Shown here: one piece after another, positions 38,914 to 47,868 of the stretch
Numbering within the stretch: the first letter of the stretch is position 1
Layout of the letters: every line of letters starts with the position of its first letter
Assembly: GCA_965223295.1 (NCBI GenBank)
Contig: CBDCWC010000002.1
Span: 1,440,001 to 1,504,000 of the forward strand
DNA: 64,000 nucleotides
Direction of reading: 5' to 3'
Source of the DNA: Nitrospirales bacterium
GTDB taxonomy: Bacteria; Nitrospirota; Nitrospiria; Nitrospirales; UBA8639
Position numbers and translations under genes: made by a program
Notes under the pieces: model-generated
What the model was told of the DNA's origin: nothing
The model's database searches: none
Seen by the model: only the letters and a program-made list of their open reading frames with translations

Positions 38914-40353
38914 TTAAGCTGCTCCTGTTCCCTTCATAACTGTCGGTATCGTTTTGAACAAGATTTTTAGATCTAACCAGAGCGTCCATTTATCAATATA
39001 CTGTATATCAAGCTCCATCCATTGCTCGAAAGTGAGCTTGCTTCGGCCATTGACTTGCCATAGACAAGTAATACCCGGGCGTACACTAAATCGACGACGA
39101 TGCCAATCTTGATAAAAGGCTTCAAAATCACGGAACTGAATCGGCCGGGGACCGACGAGACTCATATCTCCCTTGAGAACATTGAACAACTGCGGAAGCT
39201 CATCGATACTCGTTTTGCGGAGAAACATTCCAATGGGAGTGAGCCGTGGATCATCCTCAATCTTAAATGCAGCCCCAGTGGCTTCATTGAGGGATTCAAG
39301 ACTGGGAAGCAGAGCTTCTGCTTCAGTGACCATGGAGCGAAACTTGTAAAGATTGAAGACCCGCTTGTTCAAACCGAGGCGCTTTTGAATGAAAAAAACT
39401 GGGCCGGGAGATGTTAGTTTTATACTTAATGCAACAATGGCAAAAAAAGGAAGGAGTATGATGAGGGCTGGCAATGCAATCAATATATCAAGAACTCGCT
39501 TAATCAAATGAGCCTGGTCTCCTATAGCACCAGTATGCAGCGTCACAGTCTGATGCGTCCCAACTTCATCGATAGTTGATTTGGCTAACTTCGAGGAAAA
39601 AAGATCTCCTGTCATGCGAACAATAATACCTTGCTCTTCACATTGTGCCACGATTTGAGACGTTTGGAGATAATAAGAGCGAAGGGGCAGGGCAAGAACG
39701 ATTTCGTCAACAGCCACGGTACGAATAAATTCCGGAAATTCTTCCAGCGTAGAAACGACGGAAGCATCATTCAGAGATTGCCGATTGAGTCCATGCCAGG
39801 GTTCATCCACAAAGCCTAGGAGACGGTATCCCAATTCAGGTTTCATTCGAATTTCATGAGCAAATTTCACAGCACGCGGATTGGTGCCGATGATGACGAC
39901 ATTGCGTGAATTTCTTCCTCTGCGCCTCATCCAAGCCAACGCCAATCGAACACCTATCCGGCCTACACACATGAACAAAGTCGAAAGACTCCAAAAGGCA
40001 AACAGAAACCCAGGAGTTACCATTGTCACGTTGAAGAGGAAGGCTACGATTGCCGTTGCAAGGGCCACCAAAGAGGTAGCTTTGATAATATCGGGGATCT
40101 CTTGTGCAATCGTCGAAAGACGCTTTGACTCATACAGTGCCAGAGATGAACATGCCAAATGCCATATGACGAGCAAACCTATTCCGATAAAAAAGTTTTC
40201 AATTTTTATTCGCAGGGCCAAGAATTCTTCAAAGGCCAACAGGTCGTTATTTTCAGCATGGAACAACCAGGTCACAATCAAAAAGACTATCCCAATAAGT
40301 AGGATGTCACCGACCTGCATTAATTTAAGCGAAATTTTCCTGCGAAAAGGCAT
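38914..40353 (-). CDS. Priming polyprenyl-phosphate glycosyl-1-phosphate transferase (WcaJ/WbaP family)
   Basis: Four N-terminal TMs, CoA-binding-like domain, [55 protein letters not shown]. Confidence 0.93.
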   Translation of the reverse strand: MPFRRKISLKLMQVGDILLIGIVFLIVTWLFHAENNDLLAFEEFLALRIKIENFFIGIGLLVIWHLACSSLALYESKRLSTIAQEIPDIIKATSLVALATAIVAFLFNVTMVTPGFLFAFWSLSTLFMCVGRIGVRLALAWMRRRGRNSRNVVIIGTNPRAVKFAHEIRMKPELGYRLLGFVDEPWHGLNRQSLNDASVVSTLEEFPEFIRTVAVDEIVLALPLRSYYLQTSQIVAQCEEQGIIVRMTGDLFSSKLAKSTIDEVGTHQTVTLHTGAIGDQAHLIKRVLDILIALPALIILLPFFAIVALSIKLTSPGPVFFIQKRLGLNKRVFNLYKFRSMVTEAEALLPSLESLNEATGAAFKIEDDPRLTPIGMFLRKTSIDELPQLFNVLKGDMSLVGPRPIQFRDFEAFYQDWHRRRFSVRPGITCLWQVNGRSKLTFEQWMELDIQYIDKWTLWLDLKILFKTIPTVMKGTGAA

Positions 40354-40534
40354 AAAATCCCCCTACAAGAGGCTAATACAAACGTCAATAATCAGCCTTA
40401 CCTAATTTGTTGTTGTAGATTAGGCGCCCCTTGGGACAAAGAGTGAAGAGGAGGTCCATCATCGAAAATCTATTTATTCTCATAAAATAAGCCATGGGAA
40501 ACCTAATAAAAATTAAAAGGAAATTATTACATTA

Positions 40535-40551
40535 AGCAAAATATGAGCCAA
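40535..40551 (-). promoter_or_regulatory. Candidate sigma54 (-24/-12) promoter for the priming transferase gene run
   Basis: Minus strand TTGGCTCATATTTTGCT = GG-N10-GC, close to TGGCAC-N5-TTGCW, about 180 bp upstream of the ATG in AT-rich DNA. Confidence 0.6.
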
Positions 40552-40998
40552 GTTATTTAAATTATTATGAAGTTTAAAAAACAAAAATAAAACAGCACTA
40601 TATAGAATAGAAACATCATTAAACGATTTAAAAAACCTTAGGATAAGTGAATCGAAAATAACACAGCTGAACTACCTAAATGCAATGGGAATAACTATAA
40701 AATACCTGTTTTAATAGAATTTTTTAGAATCTTATTGATTTTTTTATGTATGCTTATTCATACAGATAATTTTTCTTAAGTTTTTTTAGTTAATTTTTGA
40801 TTGGGATGTAAGCTTCCCCCAAAGGTTTCTTTCTCTTTCGTCAGTTTCATTTCCGTCGAGTTACTGGAAGACACTTCTAGACCCTATCCATTCTTGCAGA
40901 TCTTGCACAATGTAATACAGACCTACTCCATGAACGAGGATGACTTTCTCCTCCATTTCACCGAAACGGCATCTTAGAGAAGATTTTTCAATAAATGA

Positions 40999-41042
40999 TC
41001 CCCGCCGCAAGCAGCGGGGAATATACCCTCAAGTGATTTAAA
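40999..41042. repeat. Isolated GC-rich palindrome resembling an IS200/IS605-type end or REP
   Basis: TCCCCGCCGCAAGCAGCGGGGA hairpin in an AT-rich intergenic region. Confidence 0.4.
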
Positions 41043-41237
41043 AGAATGGACACTCGCAAGCAAAAAAAAAATTTGCCGATAACAACAAGAAGCAATGATA
41101 CAAGGTATAACTTGCCGACAGAAATTTCAGACGCCGTTTTTTATTTTTTTAACTCGTGAAAGTTTCGGCATTGCTATGTTGTTCACAACTGAAGCCATGA
41201 TTTTTCCTGACATGTCTTTCGCAAAAAGGTTATCACT

Positions 41238-42572
41238 ATGCCCATTTCGAAAAAGCTGCAGAATCGTCTGAAGAATCAATCGGGATCGTATTTTGTCGTC
41301 TCAGCTCTGATCTTGTTTGTGCTGTTTGGTTTTGCAGCATTGGGAATTGAGATTGGCAGATGGTATACCATTCAAGGCGAAATCAGTAAGTCCATTGATG
41401 GCGCTGCTTTTGCTGGGGCAAAAAATGTCTCAAACCCAAAGTTTTCTGATGCAAATGGAAATCCAGATGAAGCACTTTTAGCCGCATTCGTTGAGGAAGT
41501 GGCCGCCGCAAACTTTCCCCCAGGACTTTTAGGAACAGATACCCCAAACTTCGTGGTGATGCAGGATGGTACAGGACGGGTCCAAGTCGATGGTGATGTA
41601 AATTCGGTGAACAACTTAACAACCGTGTTCAACTCAGGCACACCACTAACAAACCTCAGCGCCGTAGGCGCGGCAAAAATTCGTAAAGCCGAAATCGGGC
41701 TAGTTCTGGATGTCTCCGGGTCTATGGAAGATGATATTGGTGAGCTGAAAAGCGCTGCTGAGGGTTTCGTAAATAATTTTCAATCATTCCAAGACGATCA
41801 TAAATTTGGATTGATAACTTTTGCCACTGGAGCTCAAACAATCGTTCCGTTAGAGCATGATTTTGTCTTTGATATGACCGATGAAATTGGGAAGTTGGAT
41901 GCAGAAGGTGGCACGAATACCGAAGATGCTTTAGGACAGGCTGTGAATCTTTCTTGGGAGCCAGGGCAAATGTCTCTCCCACCCAATGAACGAACGCGGC
42001 AAATCATTGTTATCTTCTCTGATGGCAACCCGGGGGCATTCCGTGCGCAATTTAAATATAACGGGAACGATATGGAAGCAATTGGTGTTCTGCTGGGAAA
42101 ACCCCCTTCAAGCGTTAGCACGTATTTAGGCAAGCCAGATGCTCAAGCTAGCTACTTTGTCGAAGAATGGAAAGTCAGACATGGTGATGGAAATCCCTTA
42201 AGTAGCTCTGTTTGTGGCTCCAGCGGGACCCCAACTACCAAATGGTACATTTTTCAAGATCCCACCTATGGTCTACAAACATATGGAAGTCCAATGGATG
42301 GTTACTCAGACGAGGATTGCAATGTCAATAAAAACCCAGATTGGAATGAGTATGCTCAATGGCTAGTCCGCCAAATGGCAATTGACCATGCGACAGAACT
42401 CAAAGACAAGGGCATTGAAATTTTTTCCATAGGACTGGGCGATATCGATCAAGGCTTCTTGACGACACTGGCCACTGATGCGGAGCACGCGTATTTCACG
42501 ACTGACTCTGGAGAACTAGATAGTATTTTTCAAGACATTGCCAATAAACTAAAATTAGTTTTGGTGAAATAA
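41238..42572 (+). CDS. tadG: TadG-like pilus-associated protein with vWA domain
   Basis: Pilin-like N-terminus QSG|SYFVV, IDGAAFAGA; MIDAS LVLDVSGSM, GGTNT, IFSDG, IFSIGLG. Confidence 0.85.
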   Translation: MPISKKLQNRLKNQSGSYFVVSALILFVLFGFAALGIEIGRWYTIQGEISKSIDGAAFAGAKNVSNPKFSDANGNPDEALLAAFVEEVAAANFPPGLLGTDTPNFVVMQDGTGRVQVDGDVNSVNNLTTVFNSGTPLTNLSAVGAAKIRKAEIGLVLDVSGSMEDDIGELKSAAEGFVNNFQSFQDDHKFGLITFATGAQTIVPLEHDFVFDMTDEIGKLDAEGGTNTEDALGQAVNLSWEPGQMSLPPNERTRQIIVIFSDGNPGAFRAQFKYNGNDMEAIGVLLGKPPSSVSTYLGKPDAQASYFVEEWKVRHGDGNPLSSSVCGSSGTPTTKWYIFQDPTYGLQTYGSPMDGYSDEDCNVNKNPDWNEYAQWLVRQMAIDHATELKDKGIEIFSIGLGDIDQGFLTTLATDAEHAYFTTDSGELDSIFQDIANKLKLVLVK

Positions 42573-42622
42573 GAAATCGGCGAACACGATTATACTTCTT
42601 AGTTTGAACATTCTTCATTTAC

Positions 42623-42740
42623 TAAGCCTGCCAGGAAAGCCCCTTGCTTTGTATGGGGATGAATGGCAGCCCAGGGCAAATGAAAGCAATAACTCTTTTG
42701 GGTTTTCAAGAAGCCCCGCCCTTTGGGCGGGGAGTTTCAC
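42623..42740 (+). mobile_element. 118-bp non-autonomous IS200/IS605-family element (PATE-like)
   Basis: TTAC target immediately 5'; left hairpin preceded by AAAG; right hairpin CCCCGCCC-TTT-GGGCGGGG preceded by GAAG; element ends TCAC; no transposase. Confidence 0.82.
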
Positions 42741-42772
42741 TCCGGCAAGCCATTATTGAGGAGGGATCCATT

Positions 42773-43288
42773 ATGAAACGCTGGAGCGCATACTTTAAAA
42801 AATTTCTGAATCCATGTCGCGACCATTCTGGGGCCACTGCGATCGAAGTCGGGCTCACTATGCTTCCATTCCTCCTCGCCATTTTTGGAGTAATGGAATT
42901 TGGCTGGTACTACCTCAAGCAACATACGACCAATGCGGCCGTAGCACAGGGCATTCGAATTGGGGCCATCGGCGCCACGCTCAATGATGCTGACGGCAAC
43001 CCCATGTCTCGGGAGGACTCCATTAAAAAGGCAATTTTGGATAAAACCGATGGCGTCGTTGATATTAATTCAGCAGATATTAAAATTTTTCCGGTTGATG
43101 TTGATTTCACAGATCCAGATGACCCTGCGGTCGCCAATGGTGCAAATGCAGGTGGCGCTGGAGCCTTTATGCGTGTCAGAGTGACCCATACACATGAATT
43201 CTTTACAGGCCTCATCGGACAGTTTTTTTCTGGAAACAATATTCAAATAGTATCTGAAGGGACATATCGCAATGAAGATTTTCTCTAA
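42773..43288 (+). CDS. tadE: TadE-like pseudopilin
   Basis: GAGGAGG RBS, ATG 42773; SG|ATAIE prepilin site, GVMEFG, GIRIGA. Confidence 0.85.
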   Translation: MKRWSAYFKKFLNPCRDHSGATAIEVGLTMLPFLLAIFGVMEFGWYYLKQHTTNAAVAQGIRIGAIGATLNDADGNPMSREDSIKKAILDKTDGVVDINSADIKIFPVDVDFTDPDDPAVANGANAGGAGAFMRVRVTHTHEFFTGLIGQFFSGNNIQIVSEGTYRNEDFL

Positions 43289-43889
43289 ATACAAAAAGAA
43301 ATTCGACATACCTAAACCAGTTGCCGATCCCCTTGCCTCTGACCGTGGAATTGCTGCAATGGAAGCGGCATTTGCGATTGTCTTATTTATCTTTCTCGGA
43401 TTTGGAGTTATCGAATTCGGCTCAATGTTCAACGAACGAATTGCCGTGACGAGCCTCGCCCGCGAAGGTGCGAGTCTAGCCTCAAGAAATTTAACCACGA
43501 ATCAAAATATGCTAGACCTCCTGGAATCAACAGACGGCGCACTTGATCTTCCCAATAAGCCCACCAAATATAAGATTTTCTTAGCTCAAATCAACGGAGG
43601 GCCTAACGCGCTCAATCCTGACCCAACTTGTGTGGTGACCGAGCGCGGAGGACTCACTGCTCCAGAAGTTCAGGCCCCTACCCAACCAAACTGTGATTTA
43701 CCCAACAATCTTTACAACTATTTAAAATACGATGCTAGTTTAAACGCGCCCGCTGTCTCTCAATTTACGGTAGTCAAAGTCTATTACCAACATACACCTC
43801 TGACGCCGCTCGGAAACCTGAGCGGAACAGTCGGAGGCACCGCCCATGGCAGCAAAGACCTCACCATGTCAAGTACGGCAATTTTCTAA
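43272..43889 (+). CDS. TadE/TadF-like pseudopilin
   Basis: RG|IAAME prepilin site, GVIEFG, AREGASLASR. Confidence 0.85.
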   Translation: MKIFSKYKKKFDIPKPVADPLASDRGIAAMEAAFAIVLFIFLGFGVIEFGSMFNERIAVTSLAREGASLASRNLTTNQNMLDLLESTDGALDLPNKPTKYKIFLAQINGGPNALNPDPTCVVTERGGLTAPEVQAPTQPNCDLPNNLYNYLKYDASLNAPAVSQFTVVKVYYQHTPLTPLGNLSGTVGGTAHGSKDLTMSSTAIF

Positions 43890-43937
43890 CTGATCCCATG
43901 CTTTGTACAATAACAATGTTCTTTAGAGAGTCCTTCG

Positions 43938-44272
43938 GGATTTGTCAACTAAGCTTCATGCGGACATAAAGAAACGATTTCCTGCACTCCGCTTATGCGC
44001 ACACGGATTCCCTCCACATCTGAAACGACTGCGTCCGCCATATGCGATAATTGACCGCCTGCAGGAGGTGGCGGCCAAGACGAAAGAGATTCTGCGTGAG
44101 TCCATGGAGCGTGAGAAACCGTTGGGCTTGTTGTGCTGATGAAAAGCTGCGCATGTGATATTCTTGTTGCCGCGCCGGCTGATACGAGGCTTCCACGCGG
44201 TTGTTGGCATAGACCGTATTAATATGGTTCACCGTCGGGATGACCTCCCGGTGAGCGGCGTCATAGCTTAAC
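43938..44272 (-). pseudogene. IS6-family transposase 3' remnant with probable terminal IR
   Basis: SYDAAHRE..YANNRVEASYQPARQQE..MRSFSS..QAQRFL..HG..QNLFRLGRH matches an IS6 DDE C-terminus; 5' part missing; GG....GTCAACT end near 43938. Confidence 0.8.
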
Positions 44273-44516
44273 TGAAGCAGAAGCGATGGTACAGCCAGAC
44301 GGCGATGAAGAAAAAAGGCTACTTCAAAAAACAATCCGAGAGACCAAGAACCGAAACTCAGCTGCCTTTTGCAGAGGGTTCTTTATCAATAAATACGTGA
44401 TTTATTAGCTAATCCCTTAAGTTTGTCCGACCACGAACCGACAATAACAGGGTTAATAACCTCACAACATATTAAGAAAATCTATGCTTAACCGCTAAAG
44501 AAAATCCGCTACTTTC

Positions 44517-45065
44517 ATGAAACAAGAAAAGATCCATTCAGAGCTTGCCCTACTTACCAAACAATGTCTGCCTCATGCCAAATCCCTCACAGTGGATCAA
44601 CTCCGACAACTCCAAAAGACTTCAAACAACATAGTTCAAAGTATTTCAGAACACATACAACAAACAACACTTCCTGAAATTATTCAATTGGTCAATCGAC
44701 TTGAAGATTTCGAGGAAATTTTTCCGGAAGAAATCAGCCTGTTACGATTCTGGGTCGTTGGCGGAGAAAACAACTCTGAGAAAGTAGATAACTTACATAA
44801 AAATGGCATTAATACTGTTATTCAACTGATCCACCAAATCCAGGCTATAAATTGGGAAACGGTCTCACGAGATAAATTAGGAGAAGTTCTTTCTCTTGCT
44901 CAAGAAGCTTCTTATCTTCTTTCTTTTTTAACGCAATTTCAAGAGCAGGTTGACCGGATACAAAAATTTGAAAACTTTGTAAAAACCTTAAGTTTAGAGG
45001 ATCGAAAAATTTTGGCCCAAATGTTAAAAGCAAAAATAAATACACTACCAACCTATACATCCTAA
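44517..45065 (+). CDS. Hypothetical, probably alpha-helical protein
   Basis: 182-aa AT-rich ORF filling the intergenic gap; no recognised motif. Confidence 0.55.
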   Translation: MKQEKIHSELALLTKQCLPHAKSLTVDQLRQLQKTSNNIVQSISEHIQQTTLPEIIQLVNRLEDFEEIFPEEISLLRFWVVGGENNSEKVDNLHKNGINTVIQLIHQIQAINWETVSRDKLGEVLSLAQEASYLLSFLTQFQEQVDRIQKFENFVKTLSLEDRKILAQMLKAKINTLPTYTS

Positions 45066-45102
45066 TCCGAAAACAATTCTAAAACATTTCATCTGCATCA
45101 CC

Positions 45103-46014
45103 CTAAGCCACTACACCCTTTGGCGACATATCTTCAAGTGCTAATAGTAAAGCATGCGTTCCGGAACGACCATGTCCTAATGTCTGAACTCTCTGAAACA
45201 GTTTGTGAACCACTGAAAGACCGGGAAGAAGCAAGCCCATTCGGTTGGCTTCCACCAAAGCCAACCCCATATCTTTAATGAAATGCTCCACAAAAAATCC
45301 TGGCGAAAAATCACGTTGCAACATTTTCGGCGCCAGATGGTCTAACGTCCAACAACCCGCTGCTCCCTGGCGAATTGACGCCAGCAATTTTTCACCGTCT
45401 AACCCCGCGCGATGGGCATACAGCAACGCTTCGCACACACCAATCATTGTTCCGGCAATGCTGATTTGATTGCTTAGCTTGGCATGTTGCCCAGAACCTG
45501 CCGGCCCTTGATGCACTAAGACTTTTCCAAACGCACGAAGAATGGGGGTCAGGGCTTCAAAGACAGAGATCTCCCCACCCACCATAATCGATAAGGTTCC
45601 CTGTTGCGCCCCAAGATCGCCGCCAGAGACAGGAGCATCAAGCGCAAAAGCCTGTTGGGCATTTGCTGTTTTAGCAATTTCTTGGGCAAGACTCGGTTCT
45701 GATGTCGTGAAATCAATGAAGACTCGACCAGGTCTGGCCTTGGACAGCAACCCATCCTTACTCAAATAGAGATCTTGCACATCTCGTGGAAAGCCCACCA
45801 TGGTACAGATCACGTCCATCTGATCTACTAACACGTCTGGTGATTCTGCCCATAGAGCTCCCTGATCCAACAGAGCCTTAGCTTTAGCCGCCGTGCGAGA
45901 ATGAACCTTTAACGGATAGCCTGCGCGTAGAAAATGCCCACACATTGGCGCACCCATCACTCCAGTGCCAATCCATCCAATCCGAACAGGCGAAGGCAGG
46001 ATACAGGTATTCAT
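45103..46014 (-). CDS. 3-hydroxyisobutyrate dehydrogenase / tartronate semialdehyde reductase family oxidoreductase
   Basis: GWIGTGVMG.PM, LDAPVSGGD.GA..GTLSIMVGG, GSGQ..KL.NQ, F..EHFIKDMGLAL. Confidence 0.92.
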   Translation of the reverse strand: MNTCILPSPVRIGWIGTGVMGAPMCGHFLRAGYPLKVHSRTAAKAKALLDQGALWAESPDVLVDQMDVICTMVGFPRDVQDLYLSKDGLLSKARPGRVFIDFTTSEPSLAQEIAKTANAQQAFALDAPVSGGDLGAQQGTLSIMVGGEISVFEALTPILRAFGKVLVHQGPAGSGQHAKLSNQISIAGTMIGVCEALLYAHRAGLDGEKLLASIRQGAAGCWTLDHLAPKMLQRDFSPGFFVEHFIKDMGLALVEANRMGLLLPGLSVVHKLFQRVQTLGHGRSGTHALLLALEDMSPKGVVA

Positions 46015-46155
46015 ATTAGTGTGCTTTTCCAGATGGGAAAAGGTCTGACGGTATAGAAACTATTCTTTTCAATATGTCACAACGCCCTGTTTCTATGCGG
46101 GAGAGGGTAAAGACTCATTTAACGGCGAACAATAACACGCAAGCCATGCGACCCT

Positions 46156-47667
46156 TTATACAGCCGGCTGCTGCTGCGTAAGACAATGGATGGTCCCAAA
46201 TCCCCACACTAAATCTACCGCGTGAAGACCCACTACCGTCCGATCAGAAAAGAGTTCAGACAAGATACCTAAAGCCACGCGATCATTCGGGTCATTAAAC
46301 GTTGGCACCATCACAACCGAATTCCCAATATAAAAATTTGCATAACTAGCCGGAAGCCGCTGTCCATCAAAATATAAGGGAGCTGGCATAGGCAAAGATA
46401 CAATGCCTATTTTCCGTCCGTCTTCACAGCGCATCCCTTCCAGCCGTTCTCGATTCTCAGAAAGCGGATGATAGTTCTCATCAGAGGGATTTGATTCCTG
46501 ACAGAGCACGACTGTATAGGGATCTACAAATCGACACAGATCATCCACATGCCCATGGGTGTCATCACCAGCTATCCCACTGCCTAGCCACAGTACTTGA
46601 GAAATCCCCAAGTATTCCCGAAATACTTCTTCATAGTCCTGGCGTGAGAACCCGGGGTTCCGAACTTGGGTTTCTTCATCCAAGAGACATTCCTCAGTGG
46701 TCATCAGTGTCCCCTGTCCATTGACATCGATACTACCCCCCTCCAACACAACGCTACGATTCTGCACAGTCACCCGGACAAGGGGAATATTAAATTTTGA
46801 AGCGACCCGTTCGGGAATCCGATTATCCTTTGGCCAATCGGAATATCGTGCCCAAGCATTGAATTGAAAACGTGCGATCGACACTTGGGCTGGCGCATCA
46901 TCCTGCTTGAGAAAAATTGGACCAAAGTCACGAGTCCACCCGCGATTCGTTGGAATCCGCACAAACTCAACATGATCAGATCCCACCCCTACTCGATCTA
47001 ATATCCGCCGAGCTTTCGCTTCATGGGCTTTGTCATTGACTAAAATTCGTACAACTTCACTTTCTGATAATTTTCGAACAATTTCCCCATACACCAACTG
47101 AATAGTCGCCAGCTTGCCAGGCCAATCCGTTGTATTATGTGGCCACCCAACCCACGTGGCTTCATGATCTTCCCACTCCGCCGGCATCCGCCACTCGACG
47201 CTCTCTGAAGCAAGTTGGGACTTATCCCCCACACCTCTCCCTTGAATCTCATGTCCCCTCTCCCCATGAAGGCTTGGCCTCGAAGAGAGGCCAAGCCTAG
47301 GGTGAGGGTGAGAAGCTTCAGAACCCTCTAACACCTTCAATATTTCCTCCAACACAACATCCGTCTTCTTCAACACATCATCATTCCAAAATCGCAGCAC
47401 CTGAAAACCTTTACGACTCAAATACTCGGTACGTTCAGCATCAGCCTTTTCTTGTTCTACATGCTGCGCATCATTCAGTTCAATGATCAGCATCCCTTCC
47501 AACGAACAGAAATCAACGACATATCGACCAATAGGATGTTGCCGACGAAATTTCCACTGGTCTACTTGTCGATCGCGAAGCCGTTTCCACAGCCTTTGCT
47601 CAGCATCTGTTTGATTTCCTCGTAGGCATTTGGCAAAGGATCGAAACCTCAGTGGAACTCGTTTCAC
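46156..47667 (-). CDS. aguA: Agmatine deiminase with in-frame N-terminal DUF559 (Vsr-like) endonuclease domain
   Basis: Residues ~1-114 DUF559 (LR.NQTDAE..LW..LR, FRRQHPIG.YVVDF, LRFWN); from 47187 MPAEW..H, WTRDFGP, LEGGSID.NG.G, DDTHGHVD, ASYANFY, GFGTIHCLTQQQP. Confidence 0.9.
   Translation of the reverse strand: MKRVPLRFRSFAKCLRGNQTDAEQRLWKRLRDRQVDQWKFRRQHPIGRYVVDFCSLEGMLIIELNDAQHVEQEKADAERTEYLSRKGFQVLRFWNDDVLKKTDVVLEEILKVLEGSEASHPHPRLGLSSRPSLHGERGHEIQGRGVGDKSQLASESVEWRMPAEWEDHEATWVGWPHNTTDWPGKLATIQLVYGEIVRKLSESEVVRILVNDKAHEAKARRILDRVGVGSDHVEFVRIPTNRGWTRDFGPIFLKQDDAPAQVSIARFQFNAWARYSDWPKDNRIPERVASKFNIPLVRVTVQNRSVVLEGGSIDVNGQGTLMTTEECLLDEETQVRNPGFSRQDYEEVFREYLGISQVLWLGSGIAGDDTHGHVDDLCRFVDPYTVVLCQESNPSDENYHPLSENRERLEGMRCEDGRKIGIVSLPMPAPLYFDGQRLPASYANFYIGNSVVMVPTFNDPNDRVALGILSELFSDRTVVGLHAVDLVWGFGTIHCLTQQQPAV
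47226..47312. repeat. BoxC-like CCCTCTCCC/GGGTGAGGG palindromic repeat with nested 12-bp-stem hairpin, translated as the DUF559-AguA linker
   Basis: CCCCTCTCCCC..AGGCTTGGCCTC-GAAGA-GAGGCCAAGCCT-AGGGTGAGGG. Confidence 0.7.
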
Positions 47668-47710
47668 TCTCCCCTCACCCTAGCCCTCTCCCCGACAACA
47701 GGGCAACGGA
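47668..47710. repeat. BoxC-like repeat directly upstream of the DUF559 start, opposite orientation
   Basis: CCCCTCACCCTAGCCCTCTCCCC..GGG; related motifs at ~46098-46110 and 47810-47842. Confidence 0.7.
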
Positions 47711-47868
47711 TTATCTAGCCTATTGTTGAGTTGAGTAAAAGGCATATCAGGAGACATCTGATAAAAAAACATGACCTCGTTTAAAGAGCTAGAATAACAA
47801 AAATGAGTACCCTCTCTCTTTAAGGGAGAGGATGAGGGTAAGAACGGCAAATTGCCACGGACCCTAAA

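Noticed and set aside
39881-40405. 174-aa + strand ORF and other long antisense ORFs in the track
   Set aside because: Shadow frames of well-supported genes on the opposite strand
42644-42772. N-terminal extension of the first TadE ORF
   Set aside because: Derived from the IS200/IS605 mini-element; a good RBS and ATG lie at 42773
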